Made by a program: the position numbers and the translations under genes. From positions 3,410,001 through 3,474,000 of the forward strand of contig OX337232.1 in assembly GCA_946965045.2 (NCBI GenBank): a stretch of 64,000 nt of DNA, read 5' to 3'. Position 1 is the stretch's first letter. Each line of letters begins with the position of its first letter. Positions 58,225 to 64,000 of the stretch are shown here, piece by piece. The notes beneath the pieces were generated by a model. That model was given only the letters and a program-made list of their open reading frames with translations. It did no database searches and was not told where the DNA came from. Source of the stretch: Epithemia pelagica (taxonomy: Eukaryota; Protista; Bacillariophyta).

Positions 58225-60228
58225 ATGGGGAAACCAAGCCCTAAGAAACAGTATTCAAAAGCAGGCGCTCAAAAACGAGACAGCATGAGTGACAAAGGGA
58301 ATCTTGACGCTCTTATACTTGCAATAGATGCAGCGGAAGAGCAGTCAGCCAAAGCAGCAGCGGCGCCCGAAGCAGCAGCAGCCGCAGCACCCGAAGCAGC
58401 AGCAACAGACGAAGCGACAACAACAAAGCACCATCGGTTTCTTTCGGATCAAGACTTTGCCGAAGTGAAGGATAAAAAGCTTGTAGATGTTCGGCGTGGC
58501 CATCCAGAGAAGGACCACAGCAAACAGTATTCGGAAACTCAAATGCGGCAGCTCCTCACCGATACGCGCACAGCGGACTACAAGAAAGGCGTCGAGGAAG
58601 TGGAGAAACTCCCTTCTCGTTCTGGACGGGATCCAATCAGGACTTTCACCGAAGGCCTCAAGACGCTCTCCAAGATCAAAGACAGTGCTGTACTTGCCTG
58701 TGCTATGGGAGAGTATGTCTCACGGAAGATTTCGGCCACTTTTTCGGTCCAAGAAGCTCCAATTCGGAAGCCCGGTTCTGGCTTGCAAAAGGGGAAGATT
58801 GTGCCACTTTCGGGTGGAATGGGTCTCCCTGTCAAGAAGAACAGAAAACATACCTTCCCGATTGGCAAGCATGTCGGTTACACATTTGCGAACAATCCGG
58901 TAGTCAAGATCTACCTTGGAAAAGTGCTTCTGTTTGAGGTGAAGGAGTCAAAACTCCCAGGCGCCGGGTTTGGCGTTTTTGCAGTTCGGACAATCAAAGA
59001 TGGTAAAGTGATTGGCGCGTACACGGGAAACGACATCACGTCTCGGACAAATGTACCCAACGAGTACGCGATTCAGTTCGGACGTGACAATCGAAGGCTT
59101 CAAGCAGACAACGACGATCACTTCGGCATGGGACTGCACTTAATCAACGACCACCGACACCATCGGTACGGTACAGACAATCCACCGGATGAATCAGATG
59201 ATCATTACAACGTGAGAATCATGCCGAATCTTCTAGTCAAGGCAATCAAGCCGATCGAAAAGGGCGACGAGCTGTCTTTGTTTTATAACCTTTCGGACGA
59301 ATCGCCGACGTCCTCCGAACAGGTTATCCGACCGTCGACGAAAGGTGACGACGACGAAGACGAGGGAAAGAAACGCGGTCGACCCAGTGATGAAAATGAA
59401 GACGACGGGAAAAAAACAAAGAAGGCTTTCGCTACTTCTTCTACTACTGTTTTCCGCCCAGTTGCTGCTGTTGCTCGTCCTCCTGCTCTTCCTTCTCCGC
59501 CTCCTCCGCAAGACGTTTCTGGGCACTACAATTTGCCCCCTCAGCTGCCACCACATCATCCTCCGCCGTATCATCCTCATCCTCCGCCGTATTATGATCC
59601 ACCGCATTGTCATCATCCTCCGCCATATTATGATCCACCGCATTGTCATCATCCTCCGCCATATTATGATCCACCGCATCGTCATCATCCTCCTTCGTAT
59701 CATCCTCCGCCGCATCATCATCATCATCATCCTCCTTCGTATCATCATCATCCTCCTTCGTATCATCCTCCGCCGCATCATCCTCCGCCGCCGCATCATC
59801 CTCAGCCGCATTACCATGGGCATCCCCCGTCCTATAATCAACCCCATTATGGAGGAGGTTACCAGGGGGCTCTGCCTTTATCGCAGCAACAACAACGCAC
59901 GACCCAGCCGGTCGTAGGTTCACCGGAGCGTCCGAGCAATCCCGTCCCACCTGCAGCACAAGCTCAACCCGCCACTCGACCCGATCGCTCCCTTTCTGGA
60001 ATGTTAGTACGAGTAATTGCCTTGCCAGAATTTTCAGAAAGTGACACCACGGATGACAATTCTTTTGATCAGGAGATGTCGGATGACAATTCTTTTGCTC
60101 CGGAGATGAATGCGATCGACGAGTTAATGCAGGAGGGTGAATGGCAAAAGCAACAGATGTTGCAAAATAGAGAATTGCGCAAGAAGTATTTCAAATCGCT
60201 ATACGATAGTGAAAACAAAATCTTTTGA
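58225..60228 (+). CDS. SET-domain protein with His/Pro-rich linker (transposon cargo)
   Basis: EVKESKLPGAGFGVFA...IGAYTG...LHLIND...IEKGDELSLFY matches SET motifs; no Cys-rich post-SET region. Confidence 0.8.
   Translation: MGKPSPKKQYSKAGAQKRDSMSDKGNLDALILAIDAAEEQSAKAAAAPEAAAAAAPEAAATDEATTTKHHRFLSDQDFAEVKDKKLVDVRRGHPEKDHSKQYSETQMRQLLTDTRTADYKKGVEEVEKLPSRSGRDPIRTFTEGLKTLSKIKDSAVLACAMGEYVSRKISATFSVQEAPIRKPGSGLQKGKIVPLSGGMGLPVKKNRKHTFPIGKHVGYTFANNPVVKIYLGKVLLFEVKESKLPGAGFGVFAVRTIKDGKVIGAYTGNDITSRTNVPNEYAIQFGRDNRRLQADNDDHFGMGLHLINDHRHHRYGTDNPPDESDDHYNVRIMPNLLVKAIKPIEKGDELSLFYNLSDESPTSSEQVIRPSTKGDDDEDEGKKRGRPSDENEDDGKKTKKAFATSSTTVFRPVAAVARPPALPSPPPPQDVSGHYNLPPQLPPHHPPPYHPHPPPYYDPPHCHHPPPYYDPPHCHHPPPYYDPPHRHHPPSYHPPPHHHHHHPPSYHHHPPSYHPPPHHPPPPHHPQPHYHGHPPSYNQPHYGGGYQGALPLSQQQQRTTQPVVGSPERPSNPVPPAAQAQPATRPDRSLSGMLVRVIALPEFSESDTTDDNSFDQEMSDDNSFAPEMNAIDELMQEGEWQKQQMLQNRELRKKYFKSLYDSENKIF
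59578..59685 (+). repeat. 3 x 36 bp coding tandem repeat (HPPPYYDPPH[C/R]H) within a longer His/Pro tract
   Basis: Directly visible tandem units. Confidence 0.9.
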
Positions 60229-61134
60229 GGCTGTTTTTTTACAACGCCGCCAGACCTCCTCCAGTTGTTGGAGCAAGTGTGGAAAGGCAAACACCTGAAC
60301 AGTAAAGGAAAGGGCACCTTTTTCAAATCTGTTCAAGACTACACCCCAAATTTGTTGATGGCGATGATGGAACATGATGGCATGGTGGCCAACACTCGGT
60401 ACTTCAACGACTGCGACCCAGAACAGGTCCAAAAAGTCACGACAGATTTCAAGCAGTTTCTTGCCTCAGCTCTCCATGGAATGAAGTACGCAAAAGATGA
60501 ATCATTTGCGGACCAAATGAGCATTCACCTTTCGCTTATGAAGACCACTCGGGAAGAAGTGCAAGAACCTCACATCGACTTCTTGTTCCCGGCCGTAACA
60601 GGAAACATGTCCGAGAGTCCAAAAACGCCATCCGGGAAGCAACAAAAAAGCAAAAGGATGACTCGGCAATCGTTCTCAGATCTGCCACTCCGGGAACGCA
60701 TCCCCTTCATTGTTTTTATGCCCCTGACGGAGGAGGGTATGTCCATTGAATTGTGGAGCTACCGTGCTGAGAAGCACGAGAACTATACGCATGAGTTGGG
60801 TAACGTGGTACAAATCCCGTACGGCAAGTTTCTCCTCGTTCGAGGAGATACTGTCCATGCTGGTGGCTTTAAGACTGGAGAGCTGGGAAATCCACGTGCA
60901 CATTTTTACGTGTACCAAGGAAAAGATGGGACCATCCACGATCCCATGCCAAAGAACAGCTACAATCTACCTTCTGGACAAAGGCTTTCAGAGTGCTACT
61001 TCCATCAAAAGGACATTCCTGGTGATCGCCCTAGTGGGATCATTCGGGTTAACCTTACGCTCGATGGCCATCGCTTTGCCGTCCAGGGTGATTATCGTAG
61101 AGTGCTTCTGGCTACGAAAAAACCTGGTATTTAG
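60229..61134 (+). CDS. 2OG-Fe(II) dioxygenase-like domain (transposon cargo), in frame with the SET ORF
   Basis: QEPHIDF (HxD)...FMPLT...RGDTVHAGG...NPRAHFY gives the HxD...H...R double-stranded beta-helix signature. No stop between 60229 and the annotated TTG at 60265. Confidence 0.65.
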   Translation, partial: GCFFTTPPDLLQLLEQVWKGKHLNSKGKGTFFKSVQDYTPNLLMAMMEHDGMVANTRYFNDCDPEQVQKVTTDFKQFLASALHGMKYAKDESFADQMSIHLSLMKTTREEVQEPHIDFLFPAVTGNMSESPKTPSGKQQKSKRMTRQSFSDLPLRERIPFIVFMPLTEEGMSIELWSYRAEKHENYTHELGNVVQIPYGKFLLVRGDTVHAGGFKTGELGNPRAHFYVYQGKDGTIHDPMPKNSYNLPSGQRLSECYFHQKDIPGDRPSGIIRVNLTLDGHRFAVQGDYRRVLLATKKPGI

Positions 61135-61642
61135 ATCTTGAACAAAGAAGCCGATCAAACTTAGATCTTTCCTTGTGGTGAAAGTGTGTTATTGTTGAGA
61201 AAGAATACCATGGTACGTTGAGTTGCAGTATGACATTAAGATTTACTAGTTTATTCCTTCATATTATACTTTAGTACATTGTCGTGTTGTGTGGAAAACG
61301 CAAAATATGAGATAAGAATCATAGCTCGTCTGGGACCAATCACAAACTCCCTCGTACATCCATACGAGGCGTGCCCGCAAACCGGGACCCAACTACCGAC
61401 ACTGGCAAGCTGGATAACGACGATGACGATGATGATGAAGAGGACAAACAGAATGAGCGATGATAGCTACAACAAGGACGACTACAATACAACGACGACA
61501 ATGATAGCCACGACAATGACGAGGACTTGGACGACGACAATGATGATAATCACAACAAGAATGACTGTAGAAGCACTACCATGATGACAAATCGATTCAT
61601 ATTTAGTGATTAAGGATACCTAAAACGTCCATCAGTAGATAT

Positions 61643-62549
61643 CTAGTATGCCTCGTCCTCATGATCCAAGTAATCGGGACCAAAAAGCCCGTTTTGCTGC
61701 GTACCGATGAAGTCTTCTTGGGTCTCGAGAAATCCATCATCGGCATACGAATCAATGGATGTCCGGTATGCACGGGAAGGATTGCTAAAGAACAAAGGAG
61801 GAGACGACGGGATGTTTTCTCCCAATACCAGCGACTCATTCAAGGTCTGGCGAGGGTCTGTCGCTCCACTTTCCTTCACCTGTTCCTCAGCAATCCGACG
61901 CTGGAAAGCATGCTTCTGGGAGGGGGTCAGTGCAAAAGCTCGAGACGCCACCTTCGGGGAAGAAGTTACTTTCTTCGGGGTCACATAAGACTCTGGAGTC
62001 TTGTTCTCGACGTCGTCCTCCTTCTTGATCTCCTTCTCGGGCTTGCTGTCGGGCTTGTTGTCGGGCTTGCTGTTGGGTTTGGTGTCTGTGGCAGCAGAGG
62101 GCGCGTCGTGAGAAAGGGAGACTCAAAACCAACAATGAACAATCAAACTTACCTTCTTTGCCGACAGCCTCGATCGCAAGGAGCTCTGCCGCGATATCCG
62201 ACAGGTTAGCGCATTCGACGTCCTTGTTGCTGACGAAGAACACTGGGATACCATCTTCATCCCCAATGGTGAGTTGCCACTGTTTTGCGCGCTCGTGCCA
62301 CGACAAAGGACCCTCAAGGTTGAAGGTCACATGCTTCTTTGTCGAAGCGGGAGACTTCGTCGTCGTCGTCTTCTTCTTCTTCGACGTTTTGTTGTCCACG
62401 GTCGTCTTTGTCTTCATTTTCTTGTTTGCCTTGTTTCCCTTGCTTCCCTTGTCGGAGGGAAATGCGGTTGTGGAGGGAGCTGCGGCGGAGTCCTCCTGCT
62501 CCTTCTTCGCAGACTCAGCTCGTTTGGTAGCACTACGCGTCTGGCCCAT
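61643..62549 (-). CDS. Orphan cargo protein (279 aa), two exons 62549-62153 and 62085-61643
   Basis: GTAAG donor at 62152 and CAG acceptor at 62086 join two ORF-track frames. Lys-rich N-terminus, small central domain, acidic C-terminus. Confidence 0.55.
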
Positions 62550-62720
62550 CGTTGGAAAGTGAGAACACAATAGGGATTCGTTCGTTTGATTGTTGTGTTT
62601 GTTTGTTTGATTGTTGCCCGCTCTCCGTTCTTGTGTCATCTAGGGAATCCCCCCGCGCTCATTCGTGAACAATATCGGCGCGCGCCACAAAATCAACTTG
62701 CAGCATGAAGCAACTTCCGA

Positions 62721-63293
62721 ATGACCCGCCGTGCAATGGAACAATCAAACAGAGACGACAGGAAGAGGCAAGGAAGAAGAAACAAGATGACCAACATGAG
62801 GACGAAGTTCGAGTTCAACGAAGAGGATGGCCGTGAGGGTGGTGCTGGTCTCCCGTTCAAGTCGTGCTTTTATGCCAGCGATGTTTGCGCGCTCATCGGG
62901 CCCATGTCGAGAAACAAGGACACTGGCCACAACATCGTCGACCGTGGCCATCTGCTTGTGCAGCGGGAGCTTGCAACCGACTACCTACGGATTGCAGTCT
63001 TTGACCGGGATGCAACAAGCGAGCATGAGGAACCAGCGTTGGTTGTTCCAGTTGGGTTCATTGCTCTGTCGCACCTGGACCAGGTCTCTGGAAAGACGAG
63101 CAAGAACGGACTTCCCATGGGACGCATCCGCCTCTACAAACGCTGCTCCATCAACCCTAAAGCCTGCATGGAACCCCAGGTCGTTACAATCTACATGGGC
63201 AGCAAGGATATGGATCGCTTCAACATTTCGCTTGGTGCGATGATGCTCAAGCACCCGCTTCAAAATCTCTTCTTTAATCATCAACAAGCCTAG
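62721..63293 (+). CDS. Orphan cargo protein (190 aa), divergent from the previous gene
   Basis: Open frame with mixed alpha/beta-like composition; no family recognised. Confidence 0.5.
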   Translation: MTRRAMEQSNRDDRKRQGRRNKMTNMRTKFEFNEEDGREGGAGLPFKSCFYASDVCALIGPMSRNKDTGHNIVDRGHLLVQRELATDYLRIAVFDRDATSEHEEPALVVPVGFIALSHLDQVSGKTSKNGLPMGRIRLYKRCSINPKACMEPQVVTIYMGSKDMDRFNISLGAMMLKHPLQNLFFNHQQA

Positions 63294-63887
63294 ATAGTGA
63301 ACAATGTAGCAGCGTTTTATGATTATCATTTGAGTAGGATCTTCATTCTCTATGAATACGATCTAATTCTATAGTTGTGTTACGTTTACCGTACAATACA
63401 TTGCGTTCAGGTACGGCTGTGTGAGTCACAACAAAGAAAAGAACATCAATCTTTGTTGTGAACGACGCAACTTCTAGTCTAAGTTCCATATATCTAACGA
63501 GAGGAATATCAATTTTTGACGTGAACAACGCTACAAGTGTTCATAGTCTTTGTTCTATCTTCTATCATTCGATTCTACAATAGAGGTGCATTGGTTGCAC
63601 CAAGTTTTGCCGTGAGTCGCCGTAGTAAATCGCGCGGCGACCACCTTCAACTAGATAAAACGACACCTACAAAACGAATGCAGCGCCGACATCGTTCTCC
63701 ATGCTCAACCCATGAATGGAGAAGAGGTTCAGAGCATGGGATCATGGAGCCGTCTCCTATTTGGCAAGAGATTGGTCAAAAGGACCGTTCACCATGGTCA
63801 ATTTTTGGTAGAACGGTAGAGGCATAAATAGAAGGGCTATATTAAGGGGATGGCTCGCGCGGATTACGTAGATTTCCTACTGGAGCG

Positions 63888-63921
63888 CTACGTCAGGAAC
63901 ATTCTGTCTGAACTCAGCTTG
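63888..63921 (-). repeat. Right TIR
   Basis: Reverse complement reads CAAGCTGAGTTCAGACAGAATGTTCCTGACGTAG. Confidence 0.9.
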
Positions 63922-64000
63922 TATGCTGGGTCCCAGGAACGGACGCTTGGAAGTGGTGTGAATCGCTCCCGAGAAATTCATTCAAGCTTTTTGTTTTTTG

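Larger units (their letters stand above)
54162..63921 (+). mobile_element. 9,760 bp cargo-carrying TIR DNA transposon (IS630/Tc1/mariner-like), TA target duplication
   Basis: TIRs 54162-54195 and 63888-63921 (31/34 identical as inverted repeats); TA at 54160-54161 and 63922-63923; internal DDE transposase plus cargo ORFs. Confidence 0.88.

Noticed and set aside
59233-59959. Antisense and alternative-frame ORFs (MRRR-rich, DDDAAE-rich)
   Set aside because: Shadows of the His/Pro repeat in the SET gene.
61279-61584. Asp/Asn-rich low-complexity stretch inside the transposon
   Set aside because: The acidic frame is interrupted by stops; it cannot be supported as a gene, though it may be a decayed cargo remnant.

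Overview
Eukaryotic nuclear DNA, most likely from a pennate diatom. This is inferred from CoDi-type Ty1/copia elements, short GT-AG introns and an expanded family of receptor cyclase-phosphodiesterase genes. From left to right the window holds: a 3'-truncated copia element (1-5486); VPS45; a Crinkler/RHS-like NTPase-nuclease gene; and a minus-strand array of five apparently intact 6-exon transmembrane cyclase+PDE fusion genes plus one orphan 3' fragment. The array is interrupted by a ~17 kb transposon island. The island contains an internally deleted copia element, a three-level nest (TIR mini-element > non-autonomous LTR element > full-length copia with an extra ORF) and a 1.7 kb foldback element. 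The most notable feature is a 9,760 bp DNA transposon at 54162-63921, bounded by 34 bp TIRs and TA target duplications. It encodes an IS630/Tc1/mariner-like DDE transposase plus cargo: a SET domain and a 2OG-Fe(II) dioxygenase domain that lie in one reading frame separated by a single TGA, and two orphan genes. The LTR elements also show unusual features: C(A/G)AG...(C/T)TTG termini with 4 bp TSDs, primer-binding sites matching tRNA anticodon arms, and gag/pol separated by one in-frame UGA. No rRNA, tRNA gene or CRISPR array was seen. All assignments are by eye from motifs; no database searches were run.
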